A stretch of 64,000 nt of DNA from a virus: the IMG/VR virus record IMGVR_UViG_3300032070_000632, positions 1-64,000 of that record. One strand, given 5' to 3'. The notes under the pieces are model-generated. The model saw nothing but the letters and a program-made list of their open reading frames with translations, made no database searches and was not told the origin of the DNA. Below, piece by piece: positions 1 through 8,941 of the stretch (within the stretch, counting starts at the first letter, position 1; every line of letters starts with the position of its first letter). The position numbers and the translations under genes are program-made.

Positions 1-18
1 CGCTTTTTGTATTCGCTC

Positions 19-61
19 GGGCGTGGCGGAATTCCCCCCAAACCCCCCTTCCGCCACGCCC
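19..61. repeat. GC-rich stem-loop (REP-like)
   Basis: GGGCGTGGCGGAA ... TTCCGCCACGCCC, 13-bp perfect stem around a C-rich loop. Confidence 0.6.
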
Positions 62-286
62 TCGCTGGGACGATTCTTTTTTTCGGCGGAATTTGAGGCT
101 GTATTTTGCAAAGCAAAATGCGCCACCAAAGGAGATGTTGCCCTTGACCCACCCAACCCATTCGCGGGCAACGCTAAGGAACTCCCTTTTTTCTTTACTA
201 ATATCAAATATTTTGGTAATATTAAATTGTTGGAAGTAAAATTGCTCATATATAAAGATACCACAATATAATATTACTAATAAATT

Positions 287-499
287 ATGACAGAGTCAAG
301 TAAAAACAACATATCAAAAATCGTAAAGCAATTACGAGAGAAAACGGGCTTATCTCAAGAGAAGTTAGCTCGGCTTGCTGATGTGTCTAATAATACGATT
401 ATTAACATTGAAGCAGGAAAACAAAATAATCCTACGATTGAAACATTGAAAAAAATCGCCAAAGCGCTTGAGGTTGGTGTTGATGATTTAATAAAGTAA
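287..499 (+). CDS. XRE-family HTH regulator (possible R-M controller)
   Basis: LREKTGLSQEKLARLADVSNNTIINIEAG...NPTIETLKKIAKAL. Confidence 0.9.
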   Translation: MTESSKNNISKIVKQLREKTGLSQEKLARLADVSNNTIINIEAGKQNNPTIETLKKIAKALEVGVDDLIK

Positions 500-504
500 A
501 AATT

Positions 505-1179
505 ATGCCAAAGATTAAAGATATTCCAAAAGTTGATAGGCCACGGGAAAAGCTGATTAAGTCCGGAGCAAAATTTCTAAAAGATTATGAACTTTTGGCT
601 ATTCTTTTAGGCACTGGCACAAAAGGCAAAAATGTTCTTGAGGTTGCTCAAGATATTCTTTCAAATTTCCCCAAAAAAAAGTTGCTTGGATTAGATTTTG
701 CGCAATTTAAAAAAATCAATGGCATTGGACCAGCCAAAGCAACACAAATTTTGGCCGCCTTTGAATTCGCTGGTAGAGTTTTAGAGGTTGATTCTTCAAA
801 TACTCTGCCGTTAGTCCAGACTACAAAAGACATAATTGCTCAAATTTCCTTTTTGCGTGAACATAAAAAAGAAAATTTTGTTGTTTTATATTTGAATTCA
901 CGCAACGAGCTATTAAATAAAGAGACCATTTCTGTTGGGACGCTGAATGCGAGCTTGGTACATCCGCGCGAAGTGTTTGAACCAGCGGCACGAATTTTTG
1001 CCGCTCAAATTATTTTAGCCCACAATCACCCCTCCGGGGATTCGACGCCGTCAGAAGATGATTTAGATTTAACAAAAAGAATGATAGAAGCTGGTAAAAT
1101 ATTAGGAATTGAAGTCGTTGATCATGTTATTATTTCAAATTTAAATTCATTCAGTTTTAAAGAAAAGAAATTGATATAA
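505..1179 (+). CDS. radC: RadC/JAB-domain protein
   Basis: RPREKL N-terminus, HhH (GIGPAKA), VHPREVF, HNHPSGD, PSxxD. Confidence 0.95.
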   Translation: MPKIKDIPKVDRPREKLIKSGAKFLKDYELLAILLGTGTKGKNVLEVAQDILSNFPKKKLLGLDFAQFKKINGIGPAKATQILAAFEFAGRVLEVDSSNTLPLVQTTKDIIAQISFLREHKKENFVVLYLNSRNELLNKETISVGTLNASLVHPREVFEPAARIFAAQIILAHNHPSGDSTPSEDDLDLTKRMIEAGKILGIEVVDHVIISNLNSFSFKEKKLI

Positions 1180-1186
1180 AAATACT

Positions 1187-2875
1187 ATGGAAAATAATCA
1201 AACAAAAGAAAAACTCCTTGCCGAAATTGAACGGCTGAAAAAGGAATTAAAGAAAAAAAAGAAATACGGTTTAGTTTGGGAAAACAAACCGGAAGATGTT
1301 GTTGAAATGTGCAAAGAAAAATTGCCGGTGCTAAAAGAAGTAAAGGGCAAGGAAATAATCACAGACAAAAACAAGCCAGTAAATCTACTTATTGAGGGCG
1401 ATAATTATCATGCACTTTCGGTTTTAAACTATACTCACGCCGGAAAGATAGATGTAATTTATATTGATCCACCATATAACACCGGTGCGAGGGATTGGAA
1501 GTATAACAATGATTATGTTGATAGTGAAGATGGATTTAGGCACAGTAAATGGATAAACATGATGTCTTCACGGCTAAATTTAGCAAGGAAACTTTTAACG
1601 GAAAAAGGCATAATAGCCATTGCAGTAGATCATAACGAGCTCTTCAATTTAGGCCTGCTGTGCGACCAAATTTTCCGGGAAGAGAATAGATTGGGCATTG
1701 TTGCAGTAGTACACAAGTCGGAAGGCAGAAATCAAGAAAAATTCTTTGGCACAAGCCACGAGTATATGTTTTTTTATGCGAAAAATAAGAAGGCGTGTGA
1801 TTTTCAAAAAATCGTTTTGGATGATTCGGTCGCCGCTAGCTTCGATAAAGAAGATGAGAAAGGCAAGTTTAGATTAAATAATTATATTAGAACGGGCGGA
1901 GGAGATCAAAATTTAAAGATTAATAAACAGCATTTCTTTTATCCAATTTATGTAAGTAAAGAGTTAAAAGACATTTCGTTAGAGAAGAAAACTGGATACA
2001 GCAAGGTGTTGCCGATTACGGGGAGTGGTCAAGAAAGAACATGGAAAACAACAAAAGAAACATTCCAAGACAGATTGGAAGATGGTGAAATATTGGCACA
2101 GAAAGATGATGGTGGTAATGTTCAAATTTACGAAAAATATAGAGAAGACCAAGTTATAAAAACCCATTGGATAGATGTCAGGTATCATGCCATTCATCAT
2201 GGAACAAAGGTTCTAGAAAATATATTAGGAGCAAAAATATTTGATTTCCCGAAGTCATTGTATTTGATATTCGATACATTGAAATTGACAGCCAAAAGTG
2301 ACGCCATAATTTTAGATTTTTTTGCTGGCTCCGGAACGACAGGGCATGCGGTTTTAGAATTAAATAAAAAAGATGGTGGTAACAGAAAATTTATATTATG
2401 CACAAACAACGAAAATAATATTGCTACGGATGTTAGTTACCCAAGAATTAAAAAAGTGATTGAGGGTTATAAAAATTTAAAAAAAGAAAATATTGTTGGT
2501 CTTGGTGGAAATTTAAAATATTTCAAAACTGATTTTGTTGATTATAAAGAATCAACCGACAGAAATAAAATTAAACTAACAAAAGAAGCTGTAGAAATGC
2601 TTTGTGTTAAAGAAGGAACATTTGAATCAGTATTAAATAATGAAGATTTTAAAATCTTTAAAAATCACAACCATTATACCGGAATAATTTTTGAGCAATT
2701 AGCGATTGAAGATTTCAAAAAAGAAATTAAGGGTATAAAAGATAAAATCAGCGTTTATATTTTCTCTCTTGGTGATGATTCATTTGAAGATGAGTTTGAA
2801 GATATAAAACAAAAAGTAAAATTATCGCCAATTCCCGAAGCGATCTTGAAAGTTTATAGAAGAATTTATAAATAA
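1187..2875 (+). CDS. mod: Type III R-M modification subunit (N6-adenine methyltransferase)
   Basis: IEGDNY, IYIDPPYNTG, DFPKS, LDFFAGSGTTGHAV; followed by a res-like start. Confidence 0.9.
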   Translation: MENNQTKEKLLAEIERLKKELKKKKKYGLVWENKPEDVVEMCKEKLPVLKEVKGKEIITDKNKPVNLLIEGDNYHALSVLNYTHAGKIDVIYIDPPYNTGARDWKYNNDYVDSEDGFRHSKWINMMSSRLNLARKLLTEKGIIAIAVDHNELFNLGLLCDQIFREENRLGIVAVVHKSEGRNQEKFFGTSHEYMFFYAKNKKACDFQKIVLDDSVAASFDKEDEKGKFRLNNYIRTGGGDQNLKINKQHFFYPIYVSKELKDISLEKKTGYSKVLPITGSGQERTWKTTKETFQDRLEDGEILAQKDDGGNVQIYEKYREDQVIKTHWIDVRYHAIHHGTKVLENILGAKIFDFPKSLYLIFDTLKLTAKSDAIILDFFAGSGTTGHAVLELNKKDGGNRKFILCTNNENNIATDVSYPRIKKVIEGYKNLKKENIVGLGGNLKYFKTDFVDYKESTDRNKIKLTKEAVEMLCVKEGTFESVLNNEDFKIFKNHNHYTGIIFEQLAIEDFKKEIKGIKDKISVYIFSLGDDSFEDEFEDIKQKVKLSPIPEAILKVYRRIYK

Positions 2876-2886
2876 GGAATAAAAAT

Positions 2887-3021
2887 ATGCAACTAAAAAT
2901 ATATCAGGAAGATGCCATAGCCGATTTATTGGATAAAGCCAAAAAGCTTTTAAGCGCGGACGGCGGTAAGAAATTGGTTTTTAAAGCACCGACCGGTTCG
3001 GGCAAAACAATAATGATGGCG
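2887..3021 (+). pseudogene. res: N-terminal 45 aa of a type III restriction (Res) helicase, truncated
   Basis: MQLKIYQEDAI...FKAPTGSGKTIMMA (Q motif and Walker A), then an abrupt switch to unrelated sequence. Confidence 0.8.
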
Positions 3022-3456
3022 GGGGGATTGGTATTCGAACAAGTGTGTCTTGATTTGGAAGCCAGTGGTTACGAAGTCCAACCGTTTATTATTCCAGCTG
3101 TCGCCGTCAATGCTCCCCACCGGAGAGATAGGGTCTGGTTTATTGCCCACCGCAAGGACGACGGAGGCAGAGGGCGGGACGGTCAAAAATGCGGAAATGA
3201 TAAACGGAAGTTGGAGCCGGAAAAACAAGGACGGAATACGCCACGGCGTGAAAGTCAAAGACGCATTAGCTGGAGCGAAAACTGGCTTGAAGTTGCAACC
3301 AGCCTTTGTGGAATGGATGATGGGCTACCTATTGAATTGGACGGATTTAAACTCACCAAAGCAGGGCATAGAACGGAAAGATTAAAAGCGTTGGGAAACG
3401 CCATTGTTCCGCAGGTGGCGATTGAAATTTTGCAAGCAATTAAAAATTGTCAATAA
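3022..3456 (+). pseudogene. C-terminal half of a phage C5-cytosine DNA methyltransferase, fused in frame to the res stub
   Basis: VFEQVCLDLEASGYEV, APHRRDRVWF (motif VIII), RLKALGNAIVPQVA (motif X); motifs I-VI absent. Confidence 0.8.
3050..3385 (+). CDS. Nested alternative-frame polypeptide carrying C5-MTase motif IX
   Basis: LQPAFVEWMMGYLLNWTDL in a second frame inside the MTase fragment; start codon uncertain. Confidence 0.55.
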   Translation: MIWKPVVTKSNRLLFQLSPSMLPTGEIGSGLLPTARTTEAEGGTVKNAEMINGSWSRKNKDGIRHGVKVKDALAGAKTGLKLQPAFVEWMMGYLLNWTDLNSPKQGIERKD

Positions 3457-3460
3457 AAAT

Positions 3461-3661
3461 ATGATTTGCAAAATTTGCCATGTCAATCAAGTGGATACCA
3501 CTGAAGGCCGGTGTCGGTTTTGTTTTAATGAACAGGAAAAAATAATAAACCGTACGGATTTACCGTACAGTTGTACGCCAAGTTCGTACGATGGTAAGGG
3601 CAAGGATACCTTGGCTTTGGCTGGGCGTATTCCTGCCCTTGCCATTAATCAGCGGTTATAA
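3461..3661 (+). CDS. Small Cys-rich hypothetical protein
   Basis: CKIC...CRFC; 3' half overlaps a strong hairpin. Confidence 0.4.
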   Translation: MICKICHVNQVDTTEGRCRFCFNEQEKIINRTDLPYSCTPSSYDGKGKDTLALAGRIPALAINQRL

Positions 3662-3693
3662 TATACTGTTAATATTAAATCTATTTTCACGGA

Positions 3694-3765
3694 CGCTCGG
3701 TGGAGAAACGGCATCTCGCCTCGCTCATAACGAGGAAACAGCGGGTTCGACTCCCGCCTGAGCAA
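3694..3765 (+). tRNA. tRNA-Met (CAT), initiator-like, no encoded CCA
   Basis: Acceptor CGCTCGG/CTGAGCA with C1:A72 mismatch, D stem GAGA/TCTC, anticodon arm CCTCG-CTCATAA-CGAGG, T arm GCGGG-TTCGACT-CCCGC. Confidence 0.9.
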
Positions 3766-3802
3766 CTAACCTTAAAATGGTTTTTTGGAGTGAGTCGCAA
3801 GA

Positions 3803-3829
3803 AAGTCCTGACGTTTTCAGGGCTTTTTT
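3803..3829 (+). terminator. Intrinsic terminator after the tRNA
   Basis: AAGTCCTGA-cgttt-TCAGGGCTT followed by a T run. Confidence 0.7.
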
Positions 3830-3838
3830 GTTTGCCTA

Positions 3839-3867
3839 TTGACTTTTTTTCAAAGATGGTATATAAT
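3839..3867 (+). promoter_or_regulatory. Sigma70-type phage promoter, copy 1 of 3
   Basis: TTGACT-17 bp-TATAAT; near-identical copies at 55493 (+) and 55077 (-). Confidence 0.8.
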
Positions 3868-3897
3868 GGTATTATAATAATTTAAACTTCTAAATTT

Positions 3898-4125
3898 ATG
3901 ACCGAAGTAACCGGCACTTTAAGCGGAGCGACCGTGTCTTCTCCCCGAGAAGAATTGGAGAAGGCAGTCGCCGAGCCCAGGGAAAGAACTAAAAGATATT
4001 ATTTTACTCTGCGACCGTCGTTTATCAGGCAGGTTGACCATTACCGCAAGATTTGCGGAAAAAAATACACTAGCCGCTCCCAACTGGTGGTTGAGGCGAT
4101 GAAAAAATTTATGGATATTTTATGA
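3898..4125 (+). CDS. Ribbon-helix-helix DNA-binding protein
   Basis: RYYFTLRPSFIRQVDHY...SRSQLVVEAMKKF. Confidence 0.7.
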   Translation: MTEVTGTLSGATVSSPREELEKAVAEPRERTKRYYFTLRPSFIRQVDHYRKICGKKYTSRSQLVVEAMKKFMDIL

Positions 4126-4331
4126 ATACTTTTTTAGTGTCTTTTATTCATGGTATTGGATTTGTATTATTGTGGGTAATTGGGATGTTCCTTATTCCGC
4201 TGGTTTGTACAATAGGTTATATTTTTTTTGTTGAATCTCATGACGAAGAATTTAATCACCTAATATTTTGGTCGCTGTTTATTCTCTATTGGATTGCCAC
4301 TGCTTTGTTTTTAATTTTCTTTAAATTATAA
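4122..4331 (+). CDS. Small two-TM membrane protein
   Basis: Two hydrophobic stretches; ATGA overlap with upstream gene. Confidence 0.55.
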   Translation: MNTFLVSFIHGIGFVLLWVIGMFLIPLVCTIGYIFFVESHDEEFNHLIFWSLFILYWIATALFLIFFKL

Positions 4332-4353
4332 TAGCAATATTGCTGGATAGCAT

Positions 4354-4821
4354 ATGTACATCATTTCTCCCCATTCCCTCCGCAGCCGAGAGGTTCAAGA
4401 AACTGATTTAATCAGATTGAAAAAAGAGGTTCCGCAAATGATTAATTTATTGAATAATCCCGAGTCTGGGCATCTGCACGGATATGCCTTGGCCCATTCG
4501 CAAGTCTGCAACGCGGACCCCCTGCGGTTTTTTGTTACCGAAACTGGGGTGGTCGTCTGCAATCCCCGCATTACTAGACATACTAATCAGATTATTTCCC
4601 GAAAAGAAGGTTGTCTGTCTTTCCCCTATGAACCAGTAATAATGGTGGGAAGATATAATAAATGCGAAGTGGAATATTATGAATTTATTGATGGAGGTTT
4701 GAGAGGACCGATTGTGAGTAATTTTTCCGGTCTGGATGCGGAAATATTCCAGCATGAAATTTCCCATATGAATGGACACTACATTTATGAGGATGGCGCT
4801 TGCGCCGAGCAGGTCTTATAA
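4354..4821 (+). CDS. def: Peptide deformylase
   Basis: GYALAHSQV (motif 1 variant), EGCLS, QHEISHMNG. Confidence 0.9.
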   Translation: MYIISPHSLRSREVQETDLIRLKKEVPQMINLLNNPESGHLHGYALAHSQVCNADPLRFFVTETGVVVCNPRITRHTNQIISRKEGCLSFPYEPVIMVGRYNKCEVEYYEFIDGGLRGPIVSNFSGLDAEIFQHEISHMNGHYIYEDGACAEQVL

Positions 4822-4837
4822 AATAAAAAAAATAATT

Positions 4838-5308
4838 ATGAAAGATTTTTTTAAACCAGTTATTCAATTTGTTTTAATTTTATTTTGCAGTTTTTTAATC
4901 ATGCTTGGGACTATCGTTATAGTTAATAAAATAAGAGAACCTATGGTTATCGTAAAAACTGAAATTAAATATGTTGGTTTACAGGAAATTTGTAGGGATA
5001 AAATAAAAGAACAGAAAAAACCTCCCTGTAAATTAAGTATCCTGGTAAGAAAAGATGATATGGAAGGATTTGTGGATAAAAATGGTATCTCACTTTTTGA
5101 AGAATATTTATTAGATGGAGAATTTTGTGAAACTTTAAATTGGAAAAGTCAGACTACTTACGGATTCAAGAATGGGGAAGTTTTTGTGGAGATGTATAAA
5201 TTGCCATGGACAACTTCTGATAATTTTTACGACCATGGAAAGAGATACAAAACTATATGGCCGGTAGAGAAAATTAATTTAAAAAAATGGGCAGAAAAGA
5301 AAGAATAA
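4838..5308 (+). CDS. Hypothetical protein with N-terminal membrane anchor
   Basis: ATG 4838; hydrophobic N-terminus. Confidence 0.55.
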   Translation: MKDFFKPVIQFVLILFCSFLIMLGTIVIVNKIREPMVIVKTEIKYVGLQEICRDKIKEQKKPPCKLSILVRKDDMEGFVDKNGISLFEEYLLDGEFCETLNWKSQTTYGFKNGEVFVEMYKLPWTTSDNFYDHGKRYKTIWPVEKINLKKWAEKKE

Positions 5309-5448
5309 AAATTTATCATATTTGCCAAAGCTGTCATCATGATAAAAAAACTCATAAATGGAACAGCAGTAGACCAACCGCCTGTCGGAGAATAGATTGT
5401 CATTGTATAATTTATCGAGACACGATAACATTTAAAAAACCGTCATAA
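5287..5448 (+). CDS. 53-aa Cys/His-rich mini-protein (not in the ORF track)
   Basis: MGRKERIKIYHICQSCHHDKKTH...ACRRIDCHC, fills an intergenic gap. Confidence 0.5.
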   Translation: MGRKERIKIYHICQSCHHDKKTHKWNSSRPTACRRIDCHCIIYRDTITFKKPS

Positions 5449-5462
5449 AATTAATAATATTT

Positions 5463-5729
5463 ATGTTACAAATAACTGGAGAGCAGTATGAAAAAAATAA
5501 ATTTCCGGATGTTTTTATTGAAGTAACAGACCCATTAGGAACAGTGAGTGGTCTTAAATTAGAAATGCCGCTATTACAAAAGAAAGAAAAAGAAGTGATG
5601 GATAGCATGAGAAAAAGTTTATTACAAATTGCAAAAGGAAAATGTGGCAGACCAGCTAATTTAAGAGTTTTTTGGAAAATTGTTAATGGAACTAAAATGG
5701 AATATTTTAAAGAAAATATTTATTCTTAA
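5463..5729 (+). CDS. Hypothetical protein
   Basis: ORF in co-directional array. Confidence 0.55.
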   Translation: MLQITGEQYEKNKFPDVFIEVTDPLGTVSGLKLEMPLLQKKEKEVMDSMRKSLLQIAKGKCGRPANLRVFWKIVNGTKMEYFKENIYS

Positions 5730-5733
5730 AAAA

Positions 5734-5964
5734 ATGGAGAATAATAAATTAAAAATAAGCGAAGTCTGTTTTCCTTGCGGTATAACCGCCAATTATTTGA
5801 CGTGTCTGAAAAAGTATGGCCGACCGCCGAAGAAGTTTGCGTTTGACGTATCAACATATCACAACGGAATCTGCGATGTCTGCGGACATAAAGACCAAGT
5901 GACCGAGACAAGAGACTTTTTCTATCCTGATTTTAATTTAATAATTGAAAAAATAAAATCTTAA
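5734..5964 (+). CDS. Small zinc-binding hypothetical protein
   Basis: CFPCG...STYHNGICDVCG...VTETRDF. Confidence 0.6.
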   Translation: MENNKLKISEVCFPCGITANYLTCLKKYGRPPKKFAFDVSTYHNGICDVCGHKDQVTETRDFFYPDFNLIIEKIKS

Positions 5965-5983
5965 TTAATTTATTTTAAATTTT

Positions 5984-6268
5984 ATGTATCAAAGAGACAA
6001 TGAACGCCGCAGTCCATTCCTCCGCGAGGCGTTAGAGGATAATGGAGATTTAGAAATGTTGGTTTGTGCCAAGACCGGTCGTGTCTGGATTGGCTATAAA
6101 GAAGACAGTTTTTCTAATTTTATTCCGACCAGAGTTTTTGTAGATTTAATTACTAAAAAAATAAAGCCGTTGCCGGAACGGCGGTTTGAAGGAGAACATT
6201 ATGAATATCCAAAATATCCTCCAGGAGGACACTATGAATATCCCAAATATCGCCGAAAAGAAGAATAA
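5984..6268 (+). CDS. Hypothetical protein
   Basis: ORF; duplicated HYEYPKY at C-terminus. Confidence 0.5.
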   Translation: MYQRDNERRSPFLREALEDNGDLEMLVCAKTGRVWIGYKEDSFSNFIPTRVFVDLITKKIKPLPERRFEGEHYEYPKYPPGGHYEYPKYRRKEE

Positions 6269-6632
6269 AGACGAATTTCTCTATCCTGGAATTTTATTTT
6301 TTAAACATACGGCGATGGATAGGTTGTTTGCCGATGTTAATGATTTAATGCTGTGGCTTCGCCTGCGGGGAGCATATGCTTTAGAGCAGGAGTTGCGTCA
6401 CCGGAGCCGGCCTGCTTTGGAAAGCATAGAAAAAAGAGTGGCGGAAGAAAATAAAAACAGAATTAATTTGAAAGAGAAATGGGAATATGAATTAAAAAAA
6501 ATAGACGCTTCGGAAATTACCGCCGGTGATATTATAAAAGGAAAAACTGTTGCCAAAGATTTATTCGGTCCGCAACCTATTAAGCAAACTGGTTTTTTAA
6601 AATGGATGTGGGACAAATTGACAATTTGGTAA
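6201..6632 (+). CDS. Hypothetical protein
   Basis: ORF; start ambiguous because of a 33-bp duplication. Confidence 0.5.
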   Translation: MNIQNILQEDTMNIPNIAEKKNKDEFLYPGILFFKHTAMDRLFADVNDLMLWLRLRGAYALEQELRHRSRPALESIEKRVAEENKNRINLKEKWEYELKKIDASEITAGDIIKGKTVAKDLFGPQPIKQTGFLKWMWDKLTIW

Positions 6633-6829
6633 TCTAAATTTTTCGCCTATGAATTATAAAGCATTTTTTTTGGCTTGCTTATTTTGGAACATATTTTTCT
6701 TTCTTTTCTTCTTTGGCGGAAAATATTTGGAAAAAAGCAAGATTATCGGCACGGTCTGCCTGCTCACGGCCGGAGTTATCAATGGCGTATTATATTATAA
6801 GGCATTTTTAAATAAATAATTTTATTTTT

Positions 6830-7069
6830 ATGACTAAAGGAAAAGACCCGCAATCGGAAAATGAAATTGTCGGTTTGTTGCGGACGGCCGTTGTCCGTTC
6901 TAAAGTATCTAGCTTAAAAAGCCGGCAACGGCAGTATATTATCGATATTAAAATTGAAACCAGCGAACCCACCAATGCCACTTTTATGCTTTCTTCCCTG
7001 CTGGATAAAGTTGTCAGCGTGAAGATTGATAAAAAGCAATTGCAGTTCGGAGATATAAAATCAATATGA
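6830..7069 (+). CDS. Hypothetical protein
   Basis: ORF; ATGA coupling to the next gene. Confidence 0.55.
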   Translation: MTKGKDPQSENEIVGLLRTAVVRSKVSSLKSRQRQYIIDIKIETSEPTNATFMLSSLLDKVVSVKIDKKQLQFGDIKSI

Positions 7070-7299
7070 TAAAAAATTGTAAAAAATGCGGGGAAGAATT
7101 ATCAAAAATTTTTGGAGCAATTCTCACATTAAACCATGATAAATATATTAATTTATTTATTTGCGGCAATAGATGTTGTGAAGATTTTGGAGTAGTTAAA
7201 GTTATTAGTGAATGCCCCGACCATTTAGACGGACATAGTTTTATTTCTTGTGATGATTTACCGGCGCCTTGTAGTTGTGGAGGACAAAATTATGAATAA
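7066..7299 (+). CDS. Cys-rich hypothetical protein
   Basis: CKKCG, CGNRCC, CSCG. Confidence 0.5.
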   Translation: MIKNCKKCGEELSKIFGAILTLNHDKYINLFICGNRCCEDFGVVKVISECPDHLDGHSFISCDDLPAPCSCGGQNYE

Positions 7300-8941
7300 A
7301 ATTAAATTAAATAATTCGCAAACATTAAATTTGGATGTTCTTTTAGATACCCGTCTCTTGGTCCAGGCAAATAGCGGTGGCGGAAAGTCATGGCTCTTGC
7401 GGCGGTTGCTTGAACAGTCGCATGGTCTGGTCCAGCACATAATCATTGACCTGGAAGGTGAATTTTCCACCCTGCGTGAAAAGTATGATTATGTTTTGGT
7501 AGGTAAAGGCGGCGACACGCCCGCAGATCCGCGCAATGCGGCCATGCTGGCTAAGAAATTACTGGAACTCAATGCCTCCGCCATTATAGACTTGTACGAA
7601 TTACACCATTACGAACGAAAACATTTTGTGAAGTTATTTTTAGAGGCGATGGTGAATGCTCCTAAGGAATTATGGCATCCCTGTCTGGTTATCATCGACG
7701 AGGCCCATATCTATTGCCCAGAAAAAGGACAGTCAGAAGCCATGGAGGCAGTAATAGATTTGGCCACCCGTGGCCGCAAGCGTGGTTATTGTGCGGTTTT
7801 AGCCACTCAAAGACTTTCTAAACTGCATAAAGACGCCGCGGCCGAGTGCAATAATAAACTCATCGGTCGGACTGGTTTGGACATTGACATGAAACGGGCA
7901 TCGGAGGAATTAGGATTTACTTCCAAAGAACAATATTTGTCTTTACGCAGTTTGGAAGCGGGCGAGTTTTTTGCCTTTGGTCCAGCCATCTCTACGGAGA
8001 TTAAAAAGGTTAAGATTGGCGAAGTGGAGACTACCCACCCTAAAGCCGGTTCCAGAATATCGCTTAAAGTTTCTCCGCCGACTTCTAAAGTTAAAGAAAT
8101 TTTGAAAAAGATGGGCGACTTGCCTGAGGAAGCCAAAAAGGAATTAAATACCATCACCGATTTAAAGATGGAAATTTCAAAATTGCATCAGCATCGTTGT
8201 CTAAAAGTTTCTTCTCAGGAAGACATAGACCGAGCGGTTAAAATCGCTATTAATAAAAAAGACAGGGAATTATTTAACGAACGGTCTAAATGGCAAAAAC
8301 AGATTGAAAATTTTTTTAGTATTCTCAGACAGATTGGAAATATTGTTAGCAAAGAATTGAAAAATAAAAATAATAAAAAAATAGAAGAAAAAACTCCGTT
8401 AAAAATTTATGAAGATAAAGAACCGTTTAAGACAATAAAAATTAACGTTTCTCAAGATGATGACGGGAAGAATTTAACCGGCGGGGCGTTGCGGATGCTG
8501 CAAGTTTTGGTTTCTCGGTATCCAATAAAATTAACAAAAGTACAATTGGCCACTTTCGCCAGATTAAAGTCATCAAGTGGAACTTTTGGCACTTATTTGT
8601 CAACTTTAAGAAGCAATGAGTTTATTGAAATGGAAGGAAATTTATTTTTTGCCTCGGAAAGAGGACTGGATTATATCGGTCGAGATAATATCCGGCCACC
8701 ATCAACCTCGGAAGAAGTCATCCAACAATGGCAGTCTATTTTAAAAGGCGGAGCACGGCGGATGTTTGATATTTTAGTCGGACAATATCCTAATACTTTA
8801 AACAGGGAAGAACTTGGAGAATTGACCGGATTAGCGTCTAACAGCGGAACGTTTGGAACATATTTAAGCACATTACGGAGTAATAATTTAATTGAGATAG
8901 CCAATAATAGCATAATGGCATCGGAGGATTTATTTTTATGA
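7292..8941 (+). CDS. HerA/FtsK-superfamily ATPase (DUF87-like) with tandem C-terminal winged helices
   Basis: QANSGGGKS, VIIDEAH, RGRKRG, LATQR; duplicated GGAxRM...SGTFGTYLSTLRSN. Confidence 0.85.
   Translation: MNKIKLNNSQTLNLDVLLDTRLLVQANSGGGKSWLLRRLLEQSHGLVQHIIIDLEGEFSTLREKYDYVLVGKGGDTPADPRNAAMLAKKLLELNASAIIDLYELHHYERKHFVKLFLEAMVNAPKELWHPCLVIIDEAHIYCPEKGQSEAMEAVIDLATRGRKRGYCAVLATQRLSKLHKDAAAECNNKLIGRTGLDIDMKRASEELGFTSKEQYLSLRSLEAGEFFAFGPAISTEIKKVKIGEVETTHPKAGSRISLKVSPPTSKVKEILKKMGDLPEEAKKELNTITDLKMEISKLHQHRCLKVSSQEDIDRAVKIAINKKDRELFNERSKWQKQIENFFSILRQIGNIVSKELKNKNNKKIEEKTPLKIYEDKEPFKTIKINVSQDDDGKNLTGGALRMLQVLVSRYPIKLTKVQLATFARLKSSSGTFGTYLSTLRSNEFIEMEGNLFFASERGLDYIGRDNIRPPSTSEEVIQQWQSILKGGARRMFDILVGQYPNTLNREELGELTGLASNSGTFGTYLSTLRSNNLIEIANNSIMASEDLFL

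Noticed and set aside
23-271. 82-aa ORF
   Set aside because: Runs through a GC hairpin and AT-rich upstream DNA; no recognisable motifs.
3700-3885. 61-aa ORF
   Set aside because: Overlaps the tRNA, terminator and promoter.
6195-6252. 33-bp duplication read in two overlapping frames
   Set aside because: Most simply a local duplication at a gene boundary; no sign of function.
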